A DNA stretch of 64,000 bases from Lama guanicoe (GCA_013239625.1 MU054212.1:3543041-3607040); one strand, 5' to 3'; positions 1 through 13,239 are shown, counted from the stretch's first letter. A program made the numbers and translations. Notes: generated by a model from the letters alone, not told the origin.

Positions 1-699
1 AAAAATAGTAATGGAAGAGTATTCACTATTCTTTATTTTCCTCTTCTGTTTTGTATCATAATTGAAGTGAACATAATTTCCTCAATTATAATGGAAGCTA
101 ACTCTAGCTTTTCAAATCAGTTTGCTCCCTGTCTAGGATGTGAAATTACAGTGCATGTTTTGAAGGCATCATTTTGCTTCTGAGGTAGCAATTTCTCTAA
201 ATCCTTGCCTTGTGGCCTCAGCGAATGCATTTGGCAGGAGAAGCAGGCTGACAGGAAAGGGAGAGCTTCGGTGAACACAAGTACCTTGGGAAATCAGCAG
301 TGATGTGAAAAGAAATACATAAAAGCTACCCCGCACAGTGTATCTGTTTTTAACGGAACTTCATTAAAAGTATATGTGTCTTAAAGTCTGCCTCAGTGTG
401 GCAGTGGGTTTCTACAGATGAAGTTTGAGAGCACTTAGAAGTTCTCTTTCAATTCTTTTCTTTTTAATTCACTCACTACAAGCTTTGATAGAGAAAAGGA
501 GAATAATTTCTGGTTCATATTAACTTTGTAGCAGGGTTTGCACTGTTTGTCATTGATTTCCTAGAAACCTTAAAAATCAAAGCCAAAAGGGAGCTCCTGA
601 TTTAGGAAATGAGAATCTGAGTCATTAGAAGAGTGGGCCCAGCAGGAGCTGCCTTCAGGGGCATTGTGCCCAAAGACGTGTGCATCCTAGAAGGTTCTA

Positions 700-785
700 G
701 AACACTGGCTGAGGAGATGGTCTTGAATCCAAGCAACGTCTGGCACAGAGCTGGCCCTCAGTGAGTATCTAATGAATGAATGAGT
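700..785 (+). mobile_element. L2 LINE 3' tail fragment
   Basis: gtctggcacagag...cagtgagtatctaatgaatgaatga resembles the L2 3' end (tgcctggcacatagtagg...tgaatgaatgaa). Confidence 0.5.
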
Positions 786-939
786 ATGACGTCAGTGGGA
801 GTGAAAACCCAGGACTCAGGAAGTAGAACCAAAAGCAAAAAAGAGAGGAATTTTTAAACATGGCAACCATTCCCCATAAGAAGATAGGAATTTTATACGG
901 TAGTGGAAAAAAGTATTTCACAGATGAATGAAGTCAGTA

Positions 940-1115
940 TGAGCAGGGCTTTAAATGCTAGAAAGAGGAGATTTCACTATAAGCTACAGGCAATAGAGAA
1001 CTAGTAAAGATTTTCAAAGTAGTGACATCAAAGTATTTCTTTAAGATTACTCAGCCGGATGAGGCTGAAGGGAGGACAATATAGGTATCGCAACAAGTCA
1101 AGAGTCTAGTTCTAG
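940..1115 (-). mobile_element. L2 LINE fragment
   Basis: acaggcaatagagaactagtaaagattttcaaagtagtgacatc...aagattactc resembles antisense L2 body. Confidence 0.45.
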
Positions 1116-1129
1116 CAGGAGAAGATAGT

Positions 1130-1256
1130 AGGTAGGAGCACTGGTCTCAGAGTTAGAGAAATCTGAGCTGTATTCCAGATGTGCCATTCACTGTTTGTGA
1201 GACCGGGGGTGAGTCTTTTTATTTCTTCAAGCATCAATGTTTTCATTTGCATAGAT
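1130..1256 (+). mobile_element. MIR SINE fragment
   Basis: ggagcactggtctcagagttagagaaatctgag...gccattcactgtttgtgagacc...ttttcatttgc follows MIR head and core. Confidence 0.6.
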
Positions 1257-1276
1257 ATAACTTATTAACTCAGTTA

Positions 1277-1540
1277 AGTTTTAAAAATTGAAGGATAGTT
1301 GATTTATGACGTTGTATTAGTTTCTGATATACAGTATAGTTATTCAGATATATTTATAGATATACACACACACACATATATTCTTTTTCATATTCTTTTT
1401 CACTGCAAATTATTACAAGCTACTGAATATAGTTCCCTGTGCTCTACAGTAGGACCTTGTTGTTTATCTATTCTGTGCATAGTAGTTTCTATCTGCCAAC
1501 CCCAAACTCCCAACTTATCCCTCTCTCCCCCTTTTCCTCC
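1277..1540 (-). mobile_element. 5'-truncated cetartiodactyl-type L1, 3' UTR (copy 1 of 3)
   Basis: ttgaaggatagttgattta...tgaatatagttccctgtgctctacagtaggaccttgttgtttatc; aligns by eye with 12397-12752 and 33828-34085; internal TA/CA microsatellite. Confidence 0.85.
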
Positions 1541-1599
1541 TGACTCTTCAATATTTTTGAGTCTACCCTTTTGCCAGTCTCTGTTCTAGAAGCTGAGTA

Positions 1600-2440
1600 A
1601 ACAGTTACACATGAAACACTCTAAAGAGTGACATTCAAGTCAAGAACTAGAAAGGGGCGGTGAGGTGGCTACAGATAGAAGATGAACATTTCATGAACAG
1701 TAAATGATTACTGTAAATGCCTTGAGGCAAGAATGAGTTGGGAATACTCAGGGAACTGAAAGGAGATCAGTATCTACTTGTGGGTAAGCAGGGGAGTGAC
1801 ATGAGGTGAGGACAGATTGCCAAGGCAAGGACCAAATGATGGATAGATTCATAAGCGAGGCTAAGAAGACTGGATATCTTTCAAAGGCAATGAGAAATGT
1901 ATAGAGAGTATTTCTGTAGATTACTATTGCTGAATAGAAAATGGATTGTGGTGGGGCATGGATTGGAGCTGGGAGACAAGTTACAGAGCTACTGCAAAAT
2001 CTGGGAAAGAGATGATGATGGCTTGGAATAAGAGTGATAATGAAAAATAAAGGGAGAAGCATGGGCTTGGAATATGTTCAGGAGGTAGGACCAATAGGAT
2101 TTGATTATATAAACTGAATTTGGAGAGTAATGGAAGGCAAGAAATCAAAGATAACCCCTACATTTCTGGTTGAAGCAACTAGTCACTCAGTCCAGCTATG
2201 TTTTTCGTAAGGTGGGTAAGAGATGGAGAGAAGCAAAGATAGCAAACCAAAAGTATTTTCATGATTTTAGTTTAAAGTGTATAATAGACGTCCAAGTGGA
2301 GATGGTAAATGATTCCTGCCTGAAGTTCACTCCAGGGAGAGGGTCAAGGCTGGAAATAAAGCTTTCATAGTCATCAGCACATGGATGATATTAAAGTCAT
2401 GGGGTGGGTGAAGTCCCTAGGGGTGTGTAGAGAGGATAAT
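1600..2440 (-). mobile_element. L2 LINE, long fragment
   Basis: Series of antisense L2 motifs (gagatgatgatggcttgga, aatcaaagataacccc, agacgtccaagtggagatg, gggtcaaggctggaaataaa, agtcatcagcacatggatg). Confidence 0.75.
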
Positions 2441-2445
2441 AGGAC

Positions 2446-2700
2446 TGTAGCGAATACCGTGGATAGGCCCCCAGTGTCCTTGCCAGCCTCCTAAGGTGTC
2501 TGCCTGTACTGCAGAGCCTGGAAAACCACCAGCTATATTTCTCAGGCTCCCTTCAGTCTGAGTTCCAGTTGGTTTTCATTTCCACCAATCAGGTGCAGCT
2601 AGATTTCAGAGCCACCAATCAGATGCACTTGTGCAGGTATGGAGCTCAGAACTGAGATATGTGAGGAGCGAGGCAGGACATGGGGATTCATTTTGTGTGT
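2446..2700. mobile_element. ERVL LTR33-like fragment
   Basis: Starts tgtag; ctatatttctcaggctcccttcag...ccaccaatcagatgcact resembles LTR33; internal duplication of ccaccaatcag(g/a)tgca. Confidence 0.55.
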
Positions 2701-3239
2701 CTGTCACAGTTAACGTATGACTATTGTACGGTCACTGTGAATGAATCAGAATCCATGCCCTAGAGGTTGTGACTTGATTAATAGGACTCTCTATGGAATG
2801 AAAAATAAAATATATATATGGAATTTCTACCTGGTAAAAGTTCTTGAAGTGACGAGGTTTGAGCACACTAGGACATGTCAAGATTCGCCAAGCCTGCTAC
2901 AATACATGCTGTGTAACAGGATTAGGGGGGCAAAAGTGAACTCCTCTGGGCTGCCATTAAGGATAATGGTAGCTGCTTCACCGACTGCAGTCGGCTGGCA
3001 AGTGGTTTCAAACAAGATAGTGTGAAAGCAGTGACCATGTCCCCAGACTTGGAAGTCAGAAACTGGACACTAACTAGGTGATGTGGCCACTCTTCAAATA
3101 CAAGAGGGTCTTGTCTGTGAACTACTTCTAACAGGGTAGACAGTGGAGTTGAACATAAATATCCTCACTCTGCTCCTCCATTCATACTGAATATGCAGCA
3201 GCAACAAGGTACACGGTCTAGCACACGTGCCTCACGATG

Positions 3240-3500
3240 ACAGCTCAGTATGTTGCCTGAGAGCACTGGGTATACTCTTTTCCTGCTCTGCTAAACAAAG
3301 GGAATTATTGCAACTGGGAGAAATAGGTACAGAGAAGAATTATGACCCTGTACACACTCTTATTTTTTAATTTACAAGCAGAAAAACCTTGGGCAGAGAT
3401 GATGCTGTCTCGGGTACCTGGAGGACATCAGACAATTGAGATGGAACACTCTGGCCTTCTCCGGAGACGAACGATGGGCTCTTCCAAATGCTGCTCATGA
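3240..3500 (+). mobile_element. possible L3/CR1 3' remnant
   Basis: Weak resemblance to the CR1/L3 ORF2 end (attgcaactgggagaaataggtacagagaaga; cctggaggacatcagac; gggctcttccaa). Confidence 0.25.
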
Positions 3501-4526
3501 CCCGAGGCTTCACTTCAGTATGAATAAGGAAGATGTTTCTAGAAACAATGTGTGAGGTCTTCCTGAAGAACGAAAGATGCTAAGACAGGGAAGAGGGAAA
3601 CTGAAGTGGCTCTGCCTTTAACAGGGACCCAATTGTCGCTAATAACGGCAGTGTCCAAAGCCTGAGAAAAAGTGAGAGGCTACCGTCCTGATCAGTGTCC
3701 CAGCTGCCGCCCACACAGAGACGTTTATTCCAATTCCCAGCTCTGTGAGTCCCTCCACGCGGCTGCTGCTGGCTGTGCCCTCGCAGACCACAGAGAGATG
3801 AGCAGTTTCTGAAAGGCTGAGGTGGGCATCCGTGGTATTCTGTCTCCCTCTTGTCTGACCTCACTCTTGGAGTTCCTACTTTGCTTAAATCTAAATGTTC
3901 GAGGTGATGGTGAGCTCACACACTGCTACAGAATCAGAGAAGGGACGTTTCTGGCATTTCCAGTAGGCCGAATGGACATTACAACTAAACCAAATATTAG
4001 AATAAAGGAGCCTTTGTTGTACTTTTTAACATAAAGATAGACGGAGAGGATACATTAAGAAAAAGATCAATGTTCTATAGCTCAGGTGGATTTTACAAAT
4101 ATGACTACCTGCATTTAAAATACAGAATTCTAGAAGATGAATTTAAAGAGGCTTTCGTGAACTAATTTCCAACCTAATTCCTGCTTATAACTTAAAATTT
4201 TAACAAAATTATGTTTCAAATTGAGGCCATTAACCATATAATTAAAAATGATTACTGTTATTGGTTTTCATGTCTTAATAAAGATTCTTGGACGATGTAT
4301 TTAATTTAATCTTTCTGTTGATAAGGAACACACAAACAAAAATTAATAAAAGAATAAATTATTGGCACTTACGAAATACAAAGTTTTTTTTAGTGGGCTT
4401 TATTTTCTTTTTAGTTCCAAATTCCTTCATCTTTTTATCTCATTAAGGCAACCTTAATGCAATCATGTTACCTTTTACAATGGCTTGATTTTCATTCTTT
4501 TCATGAATTTTACTGATGAACTCTGA

Positions 4527-4714
4527 GCCATGTGCTCTCCAAGTGTGACTTGGGAACACCTACAGCAGATTTACCTGGAGAGCTGGTGAAACTTGCAAAT
4601 TTTCATATTAATTTTACAAATCAGAATCCCACAGAATGGGGCCCAGGCATCCGTCTATTAGAGGCTCCCTTACTACTTAATAAAAGACCAACACTCAGGG
4701 CTGAGAAACACTAG
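4527..4714. mobile_element. MER5A-like hAT-Charlie MITE
   Basis: gtgctctccaagtgtg...acctggagagctggtgaaacttgcaaatt...aatcagaatc...ggggcccaggcatccgt...tgagaaacact; ~190 bp. Confidence 0.7.
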
Positions 4715-5134
4715 GCTTTCTGAAAGTAAACCATACCTCATTTGAGTTGCAAAACTCCAAACCAGAAAATTTTCAGATCCAGGATCGTTGGGAAACAAGG
4801 ATGAACGATGGCGCAAAATTCACCACTTCACAGAATTTTTCTCAATTTTATTCAACCTAAGACATATTTCTCCAGCATGTACTAGGCACAAAATAAAAAA
4901 GTTTAGGCTCAAAGTCCTTGACCTCATGGTGAAGGAGATCAAGAGATCTGTTTCAGATGCTGGGAATTTAAAGCTAAATAAACCACTCCTTAAAATTCTT
5001 TCAGCAATGTGGAGATGTTGTTGAAAGAACATGAAATACTTTCCAGAAGGAATTCAGGTGCTACTGAGGTCCTGGAGACTGGGGCAGCCTGAGTACTTCC
5101 ACAGTCACCAATTCTGTTTGTTGATGTTGTTATG

Positions 5135-6775
5135 AGTCAGTTTTATGGAGGTACAATTGGGATACAGAAAAATTAACTCCGTTTAGGTGTACAGTTCTTG
5201 AGATTTGACATGTATGCAGTAAAGGAACCACCACAACAGCCAAGACATAAAATATTTCGATCATCTTAAAGATTTCCCCATGAACTCCGTAGCTGATCGT
5301 CTCCTTTTACTCCCAACTCCGGGCAACCCCAGTTTCGTTTCCTTGTACCTACAGTTTTGCCTCTTCCATGTAGATTTATAATGGAATTATGCAGTATTTT
5401 GCCTTTTTCAGTCTGGCTTCTTTCACTTTGCATGATGCTTTTGAGAGTCATCCATGACGTTTAGCATATCGATTAGTTTTTTTTTTCTTTAAGTTTCTTG
5501 TCCTCCACATTATGAAGATAGCACAATTTGTTTATGCATTCCTCAGTTGATGGCATTTGAATTGTTTCTAATTTTGGGATATTTTGACTACAGCTGCTAT
5601 ATAAATGTTTGCATAAAGTTTTTCATGGGACACCTGCATACATTTCTCTTGGATAAAAACCAGGGAGGAAACTTGCTGAGTCATAAAGCTAGTGTCTGTT
5701 TAACTTTTGAAGAAACTGCCAGTTTTCCAAGGTGGCTGTAGCATTTTGCATTCCCACCAGCGATGAATGAGCATTCCTGTTGCTGTACATCCTTGCCAAC
5801 GTTACGTACTGTCATTTTATTTTAAATACAGGCATTCTAATTTGTAAGTAGTGGTATCTTTGGTTTTAATTTGGAATTCTCTAATGTCTGGATGTTAAAA
5901 ACCTTTTCTTGTGCTTATTTGACATCTGTGTCTGTTTTGTAATAAACTGTCTCTTTAATCATATCCCATGTATTATTTGTTTTATTATTATTATTATTGA
6001 ATTGTGAGTTGTTTATTTATTCTGAATATGTCCTGTATCCTCACGTGCAAATATTTTCTCCAAGTATGTCTCTTATCTTTTTCTTTTTCTCAGTGACTTT
6101 TTTTTAAGAGCAGAATATTTCAATTTCAACAGTCTAATTTATTGTTTTCTTTTATAGGTTCACACTTTTTGTGTGCTCCTTAAAAAAGAAAACCTTTGCC
6201 CAACCTACAATCAAAAAGCGACTTTTATGACTTCTGGTAGAAGTTTTATAGATTTTGGTTTTACATGGAGATCTATGATCAATTTTGAGTTAATTTGTAT
6301 GAAGCGTGTGACATACAGGTCAGGATTCATATTTTTGCATATGGATGCCCAATCGTTCCAGTAACATTTGTTGAAAACACAGTCGTTTGCTCATTGAATT
6401 GCCTTGGCACATTTGTTGAAAATCAGTTGATCACATATGTATTGGTCTATTCTCTGTATTTCACTGATCTGTGTCCTTCCTCTGCTAATACCATGCTGTC
6501 TTGATTGCTCTAGCTTTACAGTAAGTATTAAAAATAGGTAGTGTGAGTCATCTAACTTTGTTGTTCGTTTGTTTGGGCTATTCAATGCTCTTTATTTTTC
6601 CAAATAAATTTTAGTATTAGCTCGTCGAGTCCTTAAAAATATCCTGTTGGTATTTTACTTGATTCCATAGATCAATTGGGATAATGTTGACATATCTATT
6701 GATATTCAGTCTTCCAATGATTGAATCTAGTATATTTTACCATTTATTTAATCTTCTTTGACTTCTTATTAATAA
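5135..6775 (-). mobile_element. old L1M (L1MB/MC-type): ORF2 C-terminal remnant plus 3' UTR
   Basis: Minus-strand ORF pieces DQLIFNKCAKAIQ (6391-6585) and MTLKSIMQSERSQTEK (5266-5451) match L1 ORF2 motifs; ttgcattcccaccagcgatgaatgag; many stops and frameshifts. Confidence 0.9.
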
Positions 6776-6859
6776 TAACAATTAAGCAACACAATTGAGG
6801 CACTACATATGCTCTCTGCTCTGCTCTACGAATCTATCGTTACCTTAGCAAAGTGATAC

Positions 6860-7055
6860 AGTGTGGAATAGCCTGGGTTCAGATGTGGTATTGCCACTGC
6901 CGTGTATGACCTTGTTAAGTTTCTTAACCTCTGTGAGCCCTGTTTTCCTCATTTGCATATGGTTATTTTAAACACTAAGTGAACAAGAGTATATAAAGCG
7001 CTTAGTTTAACGCCTGGCACATAATAAGTCCTGAGAAATATCTACAGTTGTTACT
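6860..7055 (+). mobile_element. MIR SINE
   Basis: cctgggttcag...tgtatgaccttgttaagtttcttaacctctgtgagccctgttttcctcatttg...aaagcgcttag...gcctggcacata. Confidence 0.75.
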
Positions 7056-7094
7056 GTTTCCTTCCCCAGGCCAGGTCCACAGGTTTAATGAAAC

Positions 7095-7500
7095 TGCTGT
7101 GACAAAGACGACTAATTTCATTCCCACACTTCCCTCTCTGCAGTGGGCTCAGCCAACAGCCAGGTGGCCCATGGGACTAAGTTCCAGCAGAGGATGCACG
7201 AGCAGACGTCCTAAAACGTCCTTCTCGTGAAAGGGAGATTTCCCCACTCCCCACTGCTTGCTTCAGTTCAGAATGAAATCTAGAAAATATGGCTGGATAT
7301 CCAGAGCCCTCTTGGACCATGAGGTGAGGATGGGTGTCAACAGCTAGCACAGTAGAATAAAAAAAGAATAAACCTGGTGTCTTATAATAATGGAGCTGCC
7401 CCTAACCGTTTCTGTCTTTCTATGGGAGAGACTAAACCTTTGCTTCTTTTACGCACTCTGCTAGAGTTTTATTATTCACAGACTATCTCATTTTCAATGA
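7095..7500 (+). mobile_element. MaLR LTR (MLT1J/K-like)
   Basis: atggctggatatccagagccctcttggaccatgagg...atggagctgcc...gggagagactaaacctttg. Confidence 0.55.
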
Positions 7501-8257
7501 TGTGGTTTGAATCTCAAATTCAAGGTAAGATGCTTATTTGTACACCAGTGTTTTGAGCTTATTTTTTTATATTAAGAGTGAAAAATAATCTCCCTCCTTC
7601 TCCATCAATTCCAGCCTAGAAAACCAATATTTGGTCTTTTAAATTATTATCAATTAATACATGTTATCAATTGGTGCCAACTTCTAAAGGAAAGATGAAT
7701 AGGGTCTTAACCATGAGAAAAAAAAAAGCAACTTTTCTTTGGAATTCCTCTAACACGCATTTCATATGAACCAAATTGTTCAAAGTAAACATACTTTTCA
7801 TCATTGCTTCAAGGCTAAGCCATACAAAATAGATTAATTGTCAAAGAAGAGAGAAAAATCAGGTAATTCAGGTTCCCAAAAGAGTTTTAGGAAATGAATT
7901 GCCTGTTCGGCATGTTGTATTGATCACTTAGCCACCATAATTAACAATCCTCTCATTTATATTATATTGAAAACTGAAGCTCAGAATTACACTGTCATTC
8001 ATTTTTCTTAATATTAATCATCAGTCATCATGAAATGCCTTTGTGTTGTCTTCTATTAAGTCAGAAATACCAGTTTCACTGACTTAATTGATCACCGTGG
8101 CTTCAAGACATGGATTATGTAAGGGATCAGGGTACTCATGGGCTGCCTCTGGATATGAAGTCCAAATAAGGCGGGAAACTAGTCACATTATTTCTTTACC
8201 CTGAGACTGAGGGCATATTTTGGCCCTGCCATGACTATTATGCTTGAACTCATTCTC

Positions 8258-8468
8258 AAGGATGCAGCTTTAAAGTTAAGACAGTTTTGTGTTTAAGTTC
8301 CTGACTATGCTGTTTGCAAGCTTGAACAAGTTCCTTAGCTTCTCTAGAACTCAATTTCTCTACTAAAAACATCTACTTCAAGGCACTTATGTGAGAACTA
8401 CACTCAAAAATTCATACTGAAACATTTAACTCTATGCCTGACACATAGATCTACTTCAAAAATCAGCC
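8258..8468 (+). mobile_element. MIR SINE
   Basis: cttgaacaagttccttagcttctctagaactcaatttctc...atctacttcaagg...tgcctgacacatag. Confidence 0.6.
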
Positions 8469-9187
8469 AAACAAATACCTTCTTAAGCAACTGAATATGC
8501 CCAGAACTATGGAAACTTGTCTGGCTTCTCGACAGAATTCAGATACCCAGGAGCTATTCCAAAACCCAGTGCGGAAGAACTCAGGTCCTCCTGAGGATGT
8601 GTTAGAAATCTACGTTCAGGTCACATCTACAAGTTTAGCTGTAAGTCAGATGAGCTCTGACGTGGAGCTTCCTGAACCAGCAAGCACTCTTAAAGCTCCG
8701 AAGTGGCAACAAGTGGTCTGGGAGTTGTTGCCGAAGGTCCATCTAAGCTACAGCTTTGCAGCACCAGGATCAATGAGAAGCCCTGGTTGAATAGATATCG
8801 TAAGGGTATCAGGTCTCTGCCTTGCATAACAAGTGGCTCCACTAGAAGTTAAAGCCTCCAAAACCCCTAACTGACCCTCCATTCCATCCAAAATTCAGGG
8901 AAGAGAGCCAAAGCTTCTGATTGAACAGCATCTGCTATGTGATTGATGGAAATGTCTGAGCATCCAACAGATGGACTCAGAATATCCCGGGGCTTAGCGA
9001 TGTGTGCAAGTGACCAAGTACAAATTAGAAAGAGTTCAATTATTTTTCTGAGAAAGATGTGGCCTGATTATATTCTTAGCAAAAATGAACGTATTTGTTT
9101 TTATCCATCACAGGAGCTCTCAGAACTCTCCTACAGTAGAAAAGTGTAGGGTCACGAAAAATACTCACTTTGTGTGTAGAAAAGTGA

Positions 9188-9300
9188 ATATATGTATGTA
9201 TATGTGTGTGTGTGTATATATATATGTATATTATAATTACAATACAATACAATTACACTATTACAATATACAATATATGTATATTACAATTTTCCATATC
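9188..9300. repeat. compound (TA)/(TG) microsatellite and AT-rich low-complexity tract
   Basis: atatatgtatgtatatgtgtgtgtgtgtatatatatatgtatattataattacaatacaatacaattac. Confidence 0.8.
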
Positions 9301-9569
9301 AGTATCACCTTGTGTTATATTGATACTTTGGAAATTAAAAAAATAAACCTTATATCTAAATATCAGTATAATTAGGCTAGTGGTTTGTTTTATATCGGTG
9401 CCTACTTGCTTTAATGATAACAGAGGAATCACAGTAAGAATAAAAACACAGGAAAAAACATTAAATGGTACAAGTACCTGATTCGCTTAAAAATGCAATG
9501 CGACAGGTACATGTGGATTATAATACATACTGCCTTTCAATCTGCTTCAGTCCTTTGAAGCATTTAGCA

Positions 9570-9680
9570 AGCACAGCTGGAAGGAAGCTTAGCTCATCCA
9601 ATTCAAGCTTTCCTTTTAGAGTTGAGAAAACTGACACCCAGAGAGGCTGTTACTTGCTTAAGGTAACCAAGTTCATTAAC
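9570..9680 (-). mobile_element. MIR/MIR3 fragment
   Basis: ctggaaggaagcttag...ttttagagttgagaaaactgacacccagagaggctgttacttgcttaaggtaac. Confidence 0.6.
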
Positions 9681-10239
9681 AACTTCCCTAGAAATAGAAA
9701 TGCTTCTACAATATCCATCTCATCAGGAACCACTTCCAATTCTGTAAACCATTGAATAATTTGAATAAAAGGTCTAGTGACTCAGAATACTCAAAAAAAA
9801 AACTCCAAATTTCTAACTCATGCATCTTAGACACCAGAAAGGCTATTTTTATTTTTTGCTTTAAATGTTGTATTAACACTGGCACTTGATTTGGGTACTA
9901 ACTAAACACACCCTTTTTGTGTAACACACCATCATCCAAAGTGCCTATGATGTGACAATTTTATGCTATTCCTCTTTACGTAGATAAATTCTCCATTTGG
10001 AGGATCTGTCTCCAAATTCTGTGTATCATAGAGTATTTATATGGAAACTTTTCATCTCTTTTACTTTTTCCATTTTACTTTGTAACTTTCTGGTTTAAAG
10101 TCACCCATAAGCAATCTGTGTATCGTAAGATTTCCCAACTAGTAGGCTGAGCATTTTCTTCATAATAACAGTTCATTACTTACAAAATTAATAAATATTT
10201 ATCTCACCCCTAGACTCCAAGCTTATCCAGGAAAACCAA

Positions 10240-10316
10240 ATATTCCTTTACACCTTGCACAAAGCCCTGGCATGTAATTGGGTATCAATAAATATTTTTG
10301 GACGAATGAATGGAAT
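10240..10316 (+). mobile_element. L2 3' tail
   Basis: gccctggcatgtaattgggtatcaataaatatttttggacgaatgaatgg. Confidence 0.55.
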
Positions 10317-11019
10317 AAAGACTAACGGCAATGTTAGCATCAGGGAAAAGATACAGAAACAGAGAAGTGATACTCTGCCACCAATCAAACGTCTAGAATG
10401 CTTTCCAGTGGCAGATGTGACATGTACGGAAACACCATATTTTTCTGTTGTCTTATTAAGAATATCTTGATGACAAAGAAATAGTTGAGACTTGATTAAA
10501 TTTAATTGCTTAATAGTGTTTGTGTTTAAGTCCACCTTGCTCGAGGTGACACTTTTCTACCAGTTTTACTAGATGAAATTCAAATTCCTACACTTTCCTC
10601 CCAAAACAATACAAAATAACTTCACAAGTTAAAAAAAAAAAAACCCTATACATAACATAAACCTCCTCGTGACCTGAAAACAAAGACTGCTGAAACTTCA
10701 AAATAACTACGAGTAGAAAGAGAACAAAAATAACAAAAGCCAGAACTCTAATCTCTCACATTTGTGCCCACTCCTGCCCAGCCTTGAAACTTTCCAGTAA
10801 GCAATGGTAGACAGAGAAAAGTGTCAAGAAAACAAAAGAAGGTTGCTAGCAAAGGGAGAGTGGGGATGGACATCAGAGAGATTAAATCAACACAAAATCT
10901 AAATTATGGGAAAAAAGCAACTAGGTAGATCAGAGCGCTCGCTACAGGAAAGAGATTTCAAAGTACACGTTTTAAAGAATCATGAGTAAACAGTGAACTC
11001 ACACTGAAGGACATTTTAC

Positions 11020-11168
11020 AAAATAGCTAATTGGTACTCTTTAAAAGAGACAAGATTATGAAAGATAAGAAAGACTAAAGAATGTCACAGACTGAAGAAG
11101 ACTGAGAAGAAATAACAGGTAAATGCTTCTTTCACTGATGAATCCCTAGGACCTAGAATCTAAAACAG
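11020..11168 (+). mobile_element. old L1 (L1ME/L1MC-type) 3' UTR fragment
   Basis: ctgaaggacattttacaaaatag...tgaaagataagaaagactaaagaatgtcacagactgaagaagactgagaagaaataacaggtaaatgc. Confidence 0.5.
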
Positions 11169-12396
11169 TAATGAGTATGTAGAGCAATCAGTTTATGGGA
11201 TTTCAAACAATTAATGATTCACTCATTCATTAAAACTATAAGCAGAAATTGGAAAGACTATGCTTTGTAACTAACTCCACCTGGTACATCTTTAAAAAGT
11301 GGATATTTAGATACTGAGAGTAGCACGAAGTGCAATTTCCTTTTTTAAAAAAATGAACAAATATGTCCAACCAGATATTTTATTATTTCATGCAGCTGCT
11401 ATTGTGGGTTCCCGGGGAATATTCTGATAACCTCTTTAATAAGCTGTGCTCTGGACCACGCTACTAATTGAATTGCTTACAAGTAAAGCTAACTGGCCAT
11501 GATCAATGTCAAGGTCATTTTGCTGAATTTTATTTTATTGTTTACTTTTAGGTTTTTAAAAAAATTTTTTTCTGAAGAAAAGACAAACTGTGTTATTTTT
11601 CTCAACCGATCCATGAAAGCTGTTATTCCTTCCATGATCCCACAGGGATTTTTAATTGCTGCCATTAAACTTCTCAAAGGGGTTAGGAAATCAGGCGTTA
11701 TGTACCTTTAACTGGCAGTGGCCAAACTTTTATTTTGCAACATCAGAGTAGCTGATAAATGTTCTAAATTAGTTGAGTAGTTTTTAATGAGAGCTTTTGC
11801 TTTTTTCCTTCCCTTTGCTGCTTTCATTTCTTCTTCTTTTTTTTTTTTTTTAACTGGGTAATGGGTGTTGGTAACTTTGCCAGTTGACAACCCATTTCTA
11901 GCCTGCAATCAAGCTTCTAAGCAGCCTTGTGGTTTGTTTTCTATTCGTGGTTGGTTGCCCGCTTTAACCTTATCAAAGCCGTTAAATTTCTTCAAACTGT
12001 CAACCAGAGCCATGTCAGCGTCTTAAAGAAAGTCACCGCTGACAGGGCTCAGCAAGGCTGAATTGATCCTTCACCCCTCGGGGCATTCCACCCCCCAGCC
12101 CGGGTGCTGCCCTGCCAGGCTTGATGTAGAGTTCAGCCCCTTTGCCTCGTTGTGGGGAAGGCAGCCTGGGCTCCACTACAGCAGCATTTTAAACTGTTTC
12201 TGTTTCCACGTATAACACTTGTGCTTTCCTCTGGGCCTTGCAGGTGCCTGGGGAGTGACGTTTGAGGAAAGAGAGATCAAGGGATGGAAGTAAATCCAAT
12301 ATATTGTGTTTCCTGTGGCTCGAATGATAATCAGACCAAGTACAGTTTTCAATTCAAATGACATGGAGTGGTGTTATTCGAGAAGCGAGGAGTGCT

Positions 12397-12752
12397 GGGT
12401 TTGTTGTTTTGTTTTTTACTTTATTTAAAACTTTAAAAAATTGTTTAAGTATAGTTAATTTACAATGTTGTGTTAGTTTCATGTACCGCACAGGGATTCG
12501 GTCATACATATGCACACATATACTCCTTTTCATATTCTTTCTCATTATAGGCTATTACAAAATATTGAATATAGTTCCCTGTGCTGTACAGTAGGACCTT
12601 GCTGTTTACCTGTTTGATATATAGTAGTTAGTATCTGCAAATCCCCAGTTCTCAGCTTATCCCTCCCACCTCCTTTCTCCATAAGCAACCTTATGGTAAC
12701 CAGAAGTTTGTTTCCTATGTCTGCGAATCTGTTTCTGTTTTGTAAATAAGTT
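12397..12752 (-). mobile_element. 5'-truncated cetartiodactyl-type L1, 3' UTR with 12-bp TSD (copy 2 of 3)
   Basis: T-rich tail then L1 3' UTR (ttgaatatagttccctgtgctgtacagtaggacc...tctgtttctgttttgtaaataagtt); exact direct repeat gcgaggagtgct at 12385-12396 and 12753-12764. Confidence 0.9.
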
Positions 12753-13239
12753 GCGAGGAGTGCTTTCTTATCAAACTCTCAGTATTTCTTCCATCCTTCT
12801 CCATCTTTGTTTCCCTTCTGTGAGTTTTTCTCTGGTCCATACTTCATCGTGCTTAAAAACCTATAAGCATAAGATGCTAGAAAGAATTCTTCAAAAAAAC
12901 GTAGTTGCCTCAAACAGCTTCCTGACAGTCATGACGAGAAATTTTTATTAGTTTCTAGGATGTTCTAGGATTTGGGGAGAATATTTTAATTTCAGTAAGC
13001 AACCACACTTGAAAGGAAAGTCATGACAAGCCTGTTCCACAGTCTGGTGTGTCCGACTGTCATGGAGTTCTTTAGAGAAGAAATCTTGTGCTATAAAATT
13101 TAACTTTAAAATATTTGTTACTGGTTTGCTAGTATTTCTGCATACACATTTGCTTTTGAACTGATTATGCTAAATTTGTAGAGTAAAAAGGACCCTTGGG
13201 CTATCATAAGCCCTTTGGATAAAATCTAAACTTCTTTGA

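Noticed and set aside
2981..2994. Perfect 14-bp palindrome ccgactgcagtcgg
   Set aside because: About four palindromes of this length are expected by chance in 64 kb.
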